Source: Euprymna scolopes (Eukaryota). From it: a DNA stretch of 63,869 nt. The position numbers and the translations under genes are program-made. Shown piece by piece: positions 14,340 through 27,320 of this stretch (position 1 is its first letter; each line of letters opens with the position of its first letter). The notes beneath the pieces were generated by a model. The model was not told where the DNA came from, did no database searches, and worked only from the letters and a program-made list of their open reading frames with translations. The stretch lies in the NCBI GenBank assembly GCA_053919585.1, contig CM132787.1; one strand, given 5' to 3'.

Positions 14340-14545
14340 AATTTCTTTGTTTATTTAATAACCCAAGGGCCGTGCATTATGCCAAGAAATTTGATGTTAA
14401 TGATGCTTTCCATCGTTCTATGTTTACTTCTAAGAAATCTAGAACATTCGACGATACTCAATATTTCCGTACAGTCCTTAATCCAGCTATGTGGAAACAT
14501 ATCATATGCTTTGCGGTAATCTATCCATGGCATGTATAGTTTTGT
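14340..14545 (-). pseudogene. R4/Dong-type LINE reverse transcriptase fragment
   Basis: WIDYRKAYDMFPHSWIKDC matches the WIDYxKAYDxVPHSWI motif of RLE-bearing LINE RTs. Confidence 0.7.
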
Positions 14546-14602
14546 GAATTTTTGCTTACACGCTTACACTCCGAAGTTTTGTCCTATCAATAAACACCCG
14601 AT

Positions 14603-14608
14603 CATTAC

Positions 14609-14669
<61 letters not shown>
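14603..14669. repeat. (ATT)n microsatellite
   Basis: Direct observation. Confidence 0.98.
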
Positions 14670-14673
<4 letters not shown>

Positions 14674-14719
14674 TTATTTTTTTCACATGGAGCTTTCACA
14701 TAGGTCATCATAGGTCTGA

Positions 14720-15135
14720 TTGAAAACATGTGGTGTTTCTTGGAAACTGAGTGAAAACAAGTCTCCACAGGCGTCCAGCACTCTCCACATCCTTCGATAA
14801 CATTTGAAAATAAATTTGAGTTATCGCAACAACCTCTCACTATTGATTTCTCGCTGGCAGCGGCCATTTGTCTGTACTGGAATTGGAGTGGCACCCTGTC
14901 TCCCCAATGTCACAGTTCTCTTCGCGGTTATCCAGCGGAGGTCTGGTCAGCGTTCTTTCATTAGTCTTTCCCTCCCTCTTTGACCCTTCTCGGCTCTTTG
15001 GTTTCAAACTTTTTATGATGGGGCAATGCGGAAGGATGCGTGATGTGGAGGTAGAACTTGCAGCGTCATTGTTCTACATTTCCTGCAAAGCGTCTTCATG
15101 GTTTGTCTCTGCAGCAGGTTGTCTGATTCACGTAT
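14720..15135 (-). repeat. Dispersed repeat, diverged copy at ~17860-18210
   Basis: Collinear shared blocks: aaataaattt, tggcagcggc, gagtggca, agttctcttcg, ctggtc, ctctgcagca. Confidence 0.65.
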
Positions 15136-15149
15136 GTTTTATGTATATA

Positions 15150-15500
15150 ATTCTCCACATTTAATGGTTTTCTTTAATATTTCAGCCGTTTTCCTTATCG
15201 TTAATCGTTGTATCTTTGCAGCCATTTCTCTGGTTCCAATTTCTCCCATCCTGTTTTCAAAGTCTTTCGGGATTGTTCCTAGTGCTCCTACTATCAGGTA
15301 TTATTTTGATTTGCTTCAATCATCCACATCCATTTTAACACTCTGCCTATCTCTGTGTATTTGTTCCGTTTCTCCTTTTCTTTCATACTCACCCTGTACT
15401 CAGTTGGGATAGCAAAATCTACGATTTGACAGGATTTTTCTTTCTTGTTCATTATTACGACATATGGTCTTCATGCTTGGATGGGTTTGTGTAGTTCTCA
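15150..15500 (-). pseudogene. R4/Dong-type restriction-like endonuclease C-terminus
   Basis: Minus translation RPYVVIMNKKEKSCQIVDFAIP...KEKEKRNKY...IVGALGTIPK...KTAEILKK, the characteristic RLE domain; next to (TTA/TAA)n. Confidence 0.8.
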
Positions 15501-15534
15501 TTTTTAGTACTGTTGCGGGGTTCTGCTATTCTTC

Positions 15535-15568
<34 letters not shown>

Positions 15569-16284
15569 AATAATAATAATAATAATAGTATAATCCCCTA
15601 TAAAATAATTTGACTGCAGAAATTGCCCTTTGTAGCAAAGTATCGTAGGTTTGCATCACTAGATGTCACGTAAAAATTTTATACATCCAGCCTATTTACA
15701 ACTATTATATGTAGTGTTAAACCACCATTAAAGACACATAAAGCTGTGATATTAGAATCATATTCTATCCGACAAGCATCATCATCACTATCCTAAGATT
15801 TTAAGAGGCAGGAGTCCCTACATTTCTTCCGAGATATTTAGTCTTACCAAGAATACCAGTTGTCACCGGGCCTTCTTCTACATTTCCAACTATAGTGCAA
15901 TTACACTCTCTAGATCTGGCTAAGACTTAACATATTTTTTTCCGATTTCCAAATACTAAATAATAACGGCTCCCTAGAAGTACTCGGCCTTTACTAATTA
16001 ACTGAAACCGAACAGTCTCATATTCAAGAATTAAACTAATTCCTAGATAAACGAATACTTCTAAATGTTTCCAAAAATAGCGTCGCTCTTCACATGAGGC
16101 ACGAACGTTAAAAACGAAATACACACGTTTTAAACGTTCATAAACATACACTTAAATACTGATAAACTTTATTACTGGAATCAATTGCACAAGAAAACAA
16201 GGTGTTATACATTCCCGTCTTTGTGTGAACGTCGGAAAGAAATAAAATGTAAACACATAACTAGTCCAGGAATGTAAACATGTA

Positions 16285-16347
16285 CAGCGTACCGGCACGG
16301 CACTCATCTCCCCACTCAGCGTACTGGCACGGCACTCATCTCCCCAC
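16285..16347. repeat. 32-bp tandem duplication
   Basis: cagcgtacyggcacggcactcatctccccac twice, period 32. Confidence 0.95.
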
Positions 16348-17107
16348 CAGACATTAAAACATCTGCTCTTGAAATCCATTAATAAAAAACATATTTTTTC
16401 AAGTCTATACGTTTAAACATATTTTTACTCAAGAAAACTCCCGGATGTCATTAAGTATTTGTCCTTACATAAGCGATCTACTAATACTGCCAGCGTAAAA
16501 AATGGTGTTATTAAAATAAAGTATGACACTTTAGAAATAGTCGGGTAATATATGTGCAGATTCTTACGCACTGGGATTTTTTTCAACCCACTCAGCTACT
16601 TTTGTATCGTTGTAATGACGAAATAGATGAATAAATAAACATTTTTTTATTTAAATAAAACAACACCAATTTAGTCACAGCTACAATTTTCACCCAAGGG
16701 ATTTTATTTTCAAATAACATTTTATGAGATCTCTTATTTTAAAATATGAATTTTGAAACGCAATAACAATATAACACTAGAAAATAGTTGTAAAATGTAG
16801 AATCCGTTAAAAGTCTACATCCAGAATAAATATCTACCTTTTATTTATTTTTTTTTTACTAGGTGTGTTTTATTTTAGATCGAGTCTAAAAAGACAAAAA
16901 AATCTTATAAGTAAACATAAAAAAAATATTTGTTTAGTTTTTAATAATATATTTACTTTTATAACACGTGTTTGTGTGTGTGTTCGTAATATTTATTTAT
17001 ACTTTATACAATTGGGGAGATTTTTCTTGTAGTTTTTTTTTTCAAAATGAAACTGGATTATCTATAATTTAAATAGTTGAATATTGCAAAACATCAAGAA
17101 TAATAAT

Positions 17108-17459
17108 GGTGAATGCTCTGACGAACTGCAGGCACTTGTGACCCCACAACGTAGACACCCTCGACAAACCCGACAGGCAGCTTAATCCCAACCCCACACG
17201 GTAGAGATCCCTAGATGTAAAATATCTTTCTACTCCACTAGTTTCTTCCCCAGAGCCGCTAGACTCTGGAATTCCATTCCAGGTCCCTGCTTCCCTAACT
17301 GACATGCAGAAGTTCAAGTGTAACGTGAACCGACATCTTGCTACCCAAATCCCGACATAGTGCCCCAGTAGTTGTTGCCTTTGATAGTAGCCCCCTACAC
17401 CAAAGTGGCAATGTGCCTTGTTTGGGCGAAAATGTAAGAAACAAAAATTAAAAAAAAAT
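17108..17459 (+). mobile_element. 5'-truncated 3' end of CR1/L2-group LINE
   Basis: Near copy of 48235-48569 including 3' UTR and A-rich tail. Confidence 0.85.
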
Positions 17460-17859
17460 AAGTAGGAGAATAGTCATTTATTTGCTGGAGACAGAGTTAG
17501 ACACAAGGACGGTTTTAGATTTATGAAAACTCCAATTCACCGAGAAGTGTCACACTGGGTTGGGAAAATATGTTTCCCTATTGAAAATTACTATATAAAT
17601 AAATAGTTGTGTTTCTATTTTATCTGTTTACTTACTAGCTTAAAAAGATAATATTTTTTTTAATAAATAGTTCATTTTTTAAAAATATCTTTATGTATGA
17701 AGCTAAAAATATATTCTCAAAATCTCGACTTAAAGTGAGTAATTTTGTTTTATTGGGCTTTTTTATATTCATTTTAGTAACCCCGCTTATGTACGTTCAA
17801 AATCAGACATGGCTATATGACCTATTCAACTCCTGCTGACTCAAGCGACTTAACACGTT

Positions 17860-18210
17860 GTTTCCAGTACTCCCTATCTATTTGATAAACTTTGCAAATA
17901 AATTTGCATCATCGCAGCAGATGTTTGTCATTGATATTTCCTTGGCAGCGGCTATTGATCTTCACCACAAATTGAGTGGCAATAATCCTGTCCAAAGTCC
18001 TAGTTCTCTTCGACCGTATACTGTGAAGGCCTGGTCGGTTCCTCGGTCTTTCCTTCCTCTTGGTCTAACTCTTTTTAGAGGGCAGCGATATGGTAATTGG
18101 GGCTGGGCTGGGCTTGAAGAACTTAAGGATATGAGGCTTAAATGTGCTGACTTTAATGTAGCGCTTCATCGTTTGCCTCTGCAGCAATTTGTCTGGTCCA
18201 CGCTTGCTGC
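17860..18210 (-). repeat. Dispersed repeat homologous to 14775-15135
   Basis: Same collinear blocks as the 14720-15135 entry. Confidence 0.6.
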
Positions 18211-19460
18211 TCCTGTGTGTTAGTCCCGCCATTCAAGGAATTTTCTTAATATTTCAACAAACCATCACTAATATTATTATTTTACTATATGCATTTTTTA
18301 ATGATTTTGTTTTAATTACAACTATTAATTTGATATTTATTGACAATATAAATATTTTGACNNNNNNNNNNNNNNNNNNNNNNNNNNNNNNNNNNNNNNN
18401 NNNNNNNNNNNNNNNNNNNNNNNNNNNNNNNNNNNNNNNNNNNNNNNNNNNNNNNNNNNNNNNNNNNNNNNNNNNNNNNNNNNNNNNNNNNNNNNNNNNN
18501 NNNNNNNNNNNNTAAGTACCTATGTACGTACATATTACGTATATTAGTATCGGTGTCATTACTTGAATTTATGAGTATGCTTTACTATAGGACTGGTTTA
18601 ACTATTGATACATATCCTGACACATAAACAATTTAAATGATAATCATATGTGCATGACGAATATTATTTTCTCATAATTATCATCAGTTCTATTATTACT
18701 TGAATGCATTTCTTNNNNNNNNNNNNNNNNNNNNNNNNNNNNNNNNNNNNNNNNNNNNNNNNNNNNNNNNNNNNNNNNNNNNNNNNNNNNNNNNNNNNNN
18801 NNNNNNNNNNNNNNNNNNNNNNNNNNNNNNNNNNNNNNNNNNNNNNNNNNNNNNNNNNNNNNNNNATTGTTTTGCTCATTAACGACATTTGTTTCGGTTT
18901 CTGCAGATTTATTATGCATACTGAAATCAAATGTGGATGTATATTATCGTTTTACATGAACCCTGATGCGGTTCAAGTTAAAAAAATATCAAACGGTACA
19001 CAAATCTTTTTCCACAAACGGTAAAAATAATGCACGTGGGCTGCTTCATACATTGTTGCAAGGAATTAATGCAGCTCAAGAATAAAATATCCAGTTATTT
19101 TGTAACATTTTTTAATTTTTATTTCGTAATATGTACAAAGAGGGATTGCTAAAAACAATTATAAAAACATTACATTTTATGATTTTAAAGGCCTCACAAC
19201 CTTGANNNNNNNNNNNNNNNNNNNNNNNNNNNNNNNNNNNNNNNNNNNNNNNNNNNNNNNNNNNNNNNNNNNNNNNNNNNNNNNNNNNNNNNNNNNNNNN
19301 NNNNNNNNNNNNNNNNNNNNNNNNNNNNNNNNNNNNNNNNNNNNNNNNNNNNNNNNNNNNNNNNNNNNNCGCAGTAGACAATTTTCGACAAACCTCTATT
19401 TGTTAACTTATGATCAATAATCGCCGGATTCTGTCATCAGAAAATTGCCAAAAAGGGGCA

Positions 19461-19529
<69 letters not shown>

Positions 19530-19531
<2 letters not shown>

Positions 19532-21197
19532 AATTCAGTCCTCGCCCCAAAAAATGCACATTGCCACTATGAAATAGGGGGCTACTATCGGGGGCATACG
19601 TTACAGGGGTGTTGTGAAGGGAGATGTATCGCAAGATGTCTAGTCATATTTCCTTTATACTTCTGTATGGCAGTATAGTTAGGAAAGCAGAATGCCGAAA
19701 GGGAGGTCACATGTGTAGCAGTTCCGAAGAAGAAACTCTTGGAGTAGAAGGCTTTCTTACACCTAGAGATCGCTACTGTGAAGCGGTTTGATTTGGATGA
19801 TGTCGGGTATTTCGGGGCTATACATGTCGAGGGGGTACACGTGTTTGCAGTTCGTCAGAATATTCACCATTAAAGTACTAGTAAAACAGGCAGAGCGATG
19901 CAATATTTCGTCGATTGGACAGAGGCTGAAGCCTGGATGACAGTTCAGGACCTATCAGGTTGGCGACTCTCTTTTGACCCCTGTCAAGGAGAGAGAGAGA
20001 GACATACAGCAGATGCACCAACCCAAAAGTGACAACAATACTCCATACATGGGCGAATGGTGGCCTTATAGATGTATAGTATACTTTCAGGTTTCTAGCT
20101 TCGCAACAAACTTGGAATGCGCTCTATCTATTTTAGTTCATGTTCTCTGTAAATGTTAGGCCGAGGATTTTAAAAGAAGTACTTACGGGTAATGTGTTCT
20201 TAGCCATTGCTATTGGTGGTAGAGAAGGTGTTATGTACTTATTGAAGGAAAAAAACTTAGTCTTGGCAGAACTGAACGTGACCTTCCATTTTGCCCCCAT
20301 TCCACTACATATTGGAAGTCATCCTCCATTTTTCCCCTTATTTCCTTAGATATGAGTTCATTTGTTTATCCCTCATGCCAGTAATAGAGAGTTGTGTCAT
20401 CAGCAAATATACCCATCTCAGAAATAATTTTATCAGGGAGGTCATTCATGATTACTCATGACTAATAAAGGTCCAAAAATAGACCCTTGATGTAATCCCG
20501 AATTTATATCATATTGTTTAGATGTACGACTGTCGAAGACAATCTGGATTTTTCTCTTACTTAAGAAGGATTTAATAACATTATGTATTCTTCCAGTGAT
20601 ACCATATGATCTAATTTTCTTACGAAGACAATCATGCCATGCCCTGTCAAAAGGCATAGATATATCGAGGGCATCCGCTATATCCTCCCCGGTTTTGTCC
20701 AGTTTACGGTATATACGGTCCGAGGTTACAGTTAGGATATCTGATGTGGTACGGTCTTGTCTAAATCCATATTGATTGTCCGTCGGGATTTTAGCATCTG
20801 TAAGATGATGGGCAAAAGCTTGATTAATTAAGGAGTCACATCATTTTGCGAAAAGCGAGGGAAAGCTAATGGGGCGACTATATAATTAGACAGTTCCTTC
20901 GCCAGAATTATTGAAAAATGGAACGATAGAAGCGGTTTTCCTGCAGTCAGGAAAGTAAGGTTCGTTAAGGCATTTATTTTAAAGTTTGGAGAGAACTGAA
21001 GCAACCACAGAGAAGCATTTTTAATAGCACAGCTGGGATGATATCGTGTCCACATGCTTTTTGGGTTCGTTTTTTATACCATGTACCCGAGGAGGGGTGA
21101 TTTTCACATCTTCTAGTGTGGCGTCTATCCGCAAAGGAAAGTCAGGAAAAGTGTCGTGTGCGGGTCCAATGTGAAGTTTGAGGCAAAGCGACTGGTA
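19530..21197 (-). mobile_element. Decayed CR1/L2-group LINE (RT + 3' UTR), sister subfamily of the 46838-48569 element
   Basis: FDRAWHDCLRKKIRSYGITGRI...SGLHQGSIFGP, CMEYCCH, LQPLS motifs with frameshifts; 3' UTR shares gatagtagccccct; 3' end abuts (TA)n. Confidence 0.9.
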
Positions 21198-21314
21198 ATA
21201 TTATTTTTATTTATATAAATATATACTGTTAAAATGTTTTGATATAAGACGATGTTACTCGTATTGATGATTTATGTATCTACAATGATCCATTTGGTAG
21301 TTTGTGTTTATGTA

Positions 21315-22525
21315 CAGGGCGTCTCAAAAATGTACTCACACTTGGAATGACGAGAACTCCTTTATGTATGAACACACAGTGAAATGGAATAGCTTAGAAT
21401 ACAGGAGATAAATTATATTAAAGAATCATGTTCGCAAATGTTCGAATTGATGACAATTATTGTCCAGACACCACTGATAACGCGAACCAAGAGATTCGCA
21501 AACGTCAGGAAACAGGTCATTAGGAATATCGCGACATTGCCTTTCAATTTTCATTATCAATGCTTCAATTGTTCTTGGTTTGGTGAGATAAACTTTGTCT
21601 TTGAGATATCCCCACAAAACGAAGGCCATGGGCGTGAGTTCCGGGGAACGTGCAGAGTATTCAATGGATCCCCTTCGTCCAATGCATGTGTCTGGAAAAG
21701 CTGCATCGAGGTGAGCTCGTACATCGCGATGGTAGTGGAAAGGTGCTTCATTTTGCTGAAAGTAAATCTCGCCGTCATCAGCAAACATCTCAGAAATTTG
21801 TGGAGCAATAAACTCCTGAAGCAAGTTAATGTATCTCTCACCAGTGACAGTTCCTATAATATAAATGTTTATATGGTGTTCAAGGGTTACATGAGGATTT
21901 ATAGGACCCCAGTACGTGCAATTATGGCGATTAATGGTGCTATTTAATGTAAAGGTTGCCTCATCGCTCCACACAATTTTATGTGGAAACCCTGCATCTC
22001 CTGTACATTTTGCCAGCTACCATTCACAGAATTCGACTCTCCGGTCTGGATGGTCTTCGTTGAGAGCATGAATTAGTATTGGAATGTAGCATTTCCAGTG
22101 CAGACGCTTCATGATGCGATGGGCGCTATCTTTTGAGGTGTGGGTTTCCCGAGCAGTTTGTCGAAGTGATTTTTGTGGTGATCTAAAGAGTATTTCCTGC
22201 ACCTACTCTTCTTTTTTAGGGCTCGGGGATGTCCAAGGTCGTCCAGAACGTCAAGAAACGTTCTGGACGGTTCCATCTGCTTCAAATTTATCTTTGATAC
22301 GAGCAATGGTCCGGCGCGTTGGCGGTGATCTTGTGAATTCCCTTCCGAATCGTCTGTGCACTTCAATGGCGTTTTCTGTCTTCCAATAACATTTCAGGGC
22401 AAACTTCGTCTCTTTTAAGCTAAGTTGATTTCCTGCCATGCTGTGGTTCACACTTACACCTGCAACTCAAAACAGACAGCATGTTAACAAGGGTTAAAGT
22501 GTGAGTACATTTTTGAGACACCCTG
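21315..22525 (-). mobile_element. Tc1/mariner-superfamily transposon, DD41D (rosa/Visitor-type), 1211 bp, inactive
   Basis: ~29-bp TIRs CAGGG(C/T)GTCTCAAAAATGTACTCACACTT, TA duplication at 21313-14 and 22526-27. Confidence 0.95.
21426..22440 (-). pseudogene. Transposase pseudogene (HTH + DD41D-spaced catalytic domain)
   Basis: WSDEATF, FQQ(N)[13 protein letters not shown](A)FVLWGYLK; 41 residues between the second and third catalytic positions, both mutated; frameshift near 22250, stop at 22017-19, apparent internal deletion after HVTLEHH. Confidence 0.9.
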
Positions 22526-22954
22526 TATGTGTATAATTTTAGTGGGTTTTCTATTACACTTACATTATATTTTAACACGTGCGTGTAAGTTGATCCACCA
22601 CATTTGCATCAGACTTGCGTAGAATTCGATTGTTTTCAGTTATATCAGTTCTTCTGAGTTTCACCAAAGATTAGTAATTTGGCAATTTTAAGAAAGACGC
22701 GTGTTGTAAGTAGATGCGACATGTTAAGAATAACCATGTCTGTACAAGGATTAAAATGTATGATTTCGTCCATTTTCGTATATAGGCATACATCTAGTGA
22801 TGATTTTAGTAATAACGTCAATAGTACTCTCGATAAATCATAAAAAGATAAACCAGTGAAACTTACAGAGAAAAAAATATCTTTAATTACATGAATATAC
22901 GTACATGATTTTGTGTTAGACGTCTATATGTTGTTGGCAGCTATTACATTAAAC

Positions 22955-22994
<40 letters not shown>

Positions 22995-23203
22995 TATATA
23001 TATTAATGCAATTGAAGGTTTTATATATACTTGCTTTATCTTTTGGAAAGCTGATCACTAATGAAAATATGATTCAGAAAGATTTACTTGTTATAAAATT
23101 AAAGATAAAAGTGAATAGATTCTATTGTTATTGTTCTCGTTTTGTTCTGCAGCAATAAATACTTGTAATCACGGTGAATGTCCAACAATATATATATATA
23201 TAC

Positions 23204-23272
<69 letters not shown>

Positions 23273-24049
23273 AGTTGGGATATGGGTGATTACACTTCTC
23301 ACTCTATATATAATGACTTGTTGATCAAACAACTTAAAATTTTGTATATAAGATTTTTAGACATGTGGAGAACCTTTTTATTGACATATCCCTGGAAAAA
23401 ATAGGCTGCAGAGGTGGCTAAATAATAAAAAAGTAACTGTTACGTGGGATGATCAAATTTGTATCTGTTCGCTTTTCACGAATGTGCATGCGTGATTAGT
23501 TCTGATTACAGATAATTATGGGAAGAATAAGGAGATGCGAAACACATTTTTAACGTGTCACGCTGGTATAATGGTTATCGCATTTCACTCTGTGTCTTTG
23601 CTTTTGTATTTTTAACTCAGCCCGAGTGTCTTTTTTCTTTATTCATTTCCAATTAGTTAACGGTTTTGAAATAATACTCGCATCCACATGTATCAGTTTC
23701 TGTCCGTTTTGGTTTTACTTTATTTTTTATAGGAATTTAATGTTCTTTTTAATGCATACAATATTTCTGTTTATAATAAATAATATATAATATATACCAA
23801 TCAAAATATAATATTTAGTTATTTAACGACTGGGCATCGGCGGCCGGCCTATTAGTATTAATCACGTTTACATAATCTTAATTGTTTTCAACACCTGAAA
23901 TTCAAGATAATCAGAAGACATCACTATATGCACGGCGCTGTTCCTAAAAGTTACAAAGTAGAATAAATCATTATATGAGATATATAGGCTGCAAATGCTG
24001 TTACAGGGTTATTTCCGTTCACAGATTGTATTTATTCCTTTAGTGATGA

Positions 24050-24119
<70 letters not shown>

Positions 24120-25375
24120 TTGCGTGTGAGCGTGTGTCCACGTATACTCACATATAGAAATGTTTCGCGTTATCATAGGCATTCCGTGCGGCAGGACAAC
24201 AGAGTACGAACATTTTACAGTAGAGCTGATATTCAACCTTTATAATCTGTCGGGTTATCGTTCGATATTGCTTAATTTACATTTAATTTAATTAACGCTC
24301 TATTTAAAATTCAGCAGTTCCCGGAAACGTACATTAATTTCTAGACAATTAGCAATACCTTCAGCAGGAGTTTAGTATTTATGAATTTAGTGAAAAGCAA
24401 GAGATGTTTTTCATCCACCAAAGACAGTGTAATCTTACGCTATTGCATTCTCCTTTGGAATATTGTATATTTAAACATCTTCTTAAACTTGCCATGACTA
24501 TTCAGCTACTCTTACTGGTACGCATTAATATTGAGTAGTGAAAATAGTGTAATCTATGTTTGTTCAGTCAAGAAAGTTATGAAATATTTTACTTAGATCG
24601 TGCGAGTGCATACTAACTATTTTTATAAGGTAGTTACGGTTTTGGCACAACCTATCTCTGCTTCACATCTATTAATCTTATTTTTAACTACATATTACCA
24701 AGATAATGAAATTGTGTTCGTTTTTTTTTACCTAATAATGCTTTAAGGGGTGCTACTTTATAAAGGACAAATGCGGTATAATATGGTTAACCAGCGGAGA
24801 ATCTGAGAAACTACATGAGCCGGACAGACAGGCATCCGCTTTACCGAACCTTGATCTAATATGATTTTTCTCTATTACTAAAGATAGTACAGACCCAATA
24901 ATTACACATGTGCGCGTACGGACGCGCGTGTGCGTGTGTGTGTGCATAGCATCTTATCTAGAAGCTTGAGGACGCAAGACTTCATTTGAATACTGGCTCC
25001 GAGATGACGCGCAAAAATTATTTTCTCGCACTATTTAATTATTTAAAGGTAAAATTGCATAGAATTTTCTATAGAATTCTCTGATAAAAGCCATTTTTAA
25101 ATTACATAATGATACCGATTTAATAACACATCTATATTCAGGTCACAATGACATCTTTTGCTGAATGAGTGCATTTCCATTTTATCTTAGAAGGTTGGGA
25201 TTACTAATATGATAGCGTTGGTAATAGACGAAATAAGGAAAGAGTAGATTGTATCAAATGACGTGTGACAATAATAGAGTTTTACTGTAATCTCGTGGGA
25301 GTATGCAGAATATAGTGTTCAGTGTAGTTCATTATGTGAACAATGAATTCGCGTGATTTTCTTTGAAATATATAC

Positions 25376-25410
<35 letters not shown>

Positions 25411-26339
25411 CAGGTGTACGTGTGCGTGTGTATATATATACAGAGAGGGGGGCATATAGAAAGAGAGAGCAAGACAGACAGTCTGATATATATATCGATA
25501 GGCAAACAAACAGATAGAGAGATAGATAGATAGACAGGTAGATAGCATGTATATTTAATAAGGCAGGCTTTTTTATTTTTTACAGTTTCTAGCAATTTTC
25601 CTCAACTTGACCATGAACATTTTTGGTGTGTCGTTGTAAATTATGTATAGTAAAACTGTGCGATCCTGGATCATCTATGTCATTCCTGAACGTTTTCGAT
25701 CACGTGATCCTCATAAAGACTAGTATTGTAGGGGGTTATTCTGTAAAGTTGTTATTATAGGCTTAAACCGATATATTCACTACTATTGAATCTTCCGACG
25801 CAATAAAAAATCTCTAGCAAAATAGGAAAAGTCATTCCATTTTAATGTTTACATACGAATTAAACAGTAATAATTTATTGTTTTCTTTATATGTATGAAC
25901 CTATAAAATATCAATTAACGTATAAAACTGAGGAAACCCCCAACTGTCTCAGTAATCATAAAAATGCTCACAAAAATTCAGAATAGGACTCAATATACAC
26001 TGTTACTACGCGCAAACAATGCATCTTATCTAGTAAATTATTAAACCAAGACCCAACCAACATTATACAACAACTGATAAATTAGTGTTACCCCAATAAA
26101 ATAGCGGAGTTACAAATAAAACTAGCTATAAACTCTATCCAAAACTATATAAACACACCCATTAATTTATTCAAAGTTATAATATATAAATCAAATACAC
26201 AGTAACTTTAACATCAATAAAGATATATGATAGAGTCCGAGTATATACTAGGCCCATCGGATAAATTAGAAATAATAGAGCATTACTATATTCCAGAGAA
26301 TTTAAAACTTCTTACTTAATAATTGGAAACATTAATGCA

Positions 26340-27320
26340 AGTATTGAGATTGTCGGACTGGCTTTCTCATCTTGGTTGTTATAGTCACAATGTTTCGGCC
26401 GTTTTGCCATCCGGCCTTCATTAGGTGTTTAGTATCGAACTGGGGAACCGTTTGTTAGGAGTCTCGAACCCAACCCTTTATTATTATTACGGGACAGTTG
26501 CTGATTCTCCGTTTTGAATGTTTCTTTTCGCTGCTTTCGTTCAGGATCGAACTCAGCACCTTTGGGTAGCTGTACACTTTGATACAACTTCTAGGACCAC
26601 TCGGCCATATGTCACTAGGACAATTCTTGGTTGGTTTTTGTTAATGTTAAACCTATGTTGTTATTCAAGGCTTTCCCTCTTATTCAGAGGTGTCCAAATT
26701 GCATTCAGCTCTATGCTTGGTTTGCTCCGTAGGTTGTTATGTCCGAGCATGTGAGCTGTGTCTTTAAGTTTTCTCACTTTCCTGTGGGTCTCTCTGTTTA
26801 CTATTTTTACTTTATCCCATAGGGGGCGATGATCCCCCTCTCCATCCAGACATGGTTGGCTATACCCGATTTTTCCGTCTCCCCTTTAGTTACCGCTTTT
26901 CGGTGTTCTTCCACCAGTACTTGTAGGAGGCGGCATTTTTCACCGGTGTATACCTTTCTGCAACTGCATGGGAATTAGTATATGCAGTTCTTGGTCATGT
27001 GATATTGTATGGGTGATGGAAACTGAAGTTAAGGTATTGTCCGGTGAAGGTAAGCTTGCGATATACGGATGTCTTAAACCCATGCTCTGTGCGTGATATG
27101 AGTATATCAAGGAAGGCCAGTTGGTTTTCTTTTTCTTTCTTCATTGTGAACTATATCGATGGTCTTATTGAGTTCACATGGTCTAGGAGAGCCTGGATGT
27201 ATTCCTGATGTGGCCCGAGTATGAAGGTGTCATCAACGTGTCTTAGCCACACGGTTGGCTTTAAGGGAGCTTAACCTAAGGCCATGTCTTCGAAGTATTC
27301 CATGTATATGTTCGCTAGGA
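26340..27320 (-). mobile_element. Penelope-like element remnant (RT C-terminal half, GIY-YIG endonuclease, pLTR)
   Basis: LANIYMEYFE...WLRHVDDTF...FTMKKEKENQLAFLDILI...SVYRKLTFTGQYLNF, then NCIY*FPCSCRKVYTGEKCRLL...EEHRK...SGIANH; stops and an internal deletion. Confidence 0.92.
26385..26430 (-). ncRNA. Degenerate hammerhead ribozyme core in Penelope pLTR
   Basis: Minus strand CTAATGA-a-ggccg...cggcc-GAAAC; G5 replaced by A. Confidence 0.6.

Noticed and set aside
15800-16375. Possible TTAA-flanked MITE containing the 32-bp duplication
   Set aside because: Terminal inverted match too short and imperfect.
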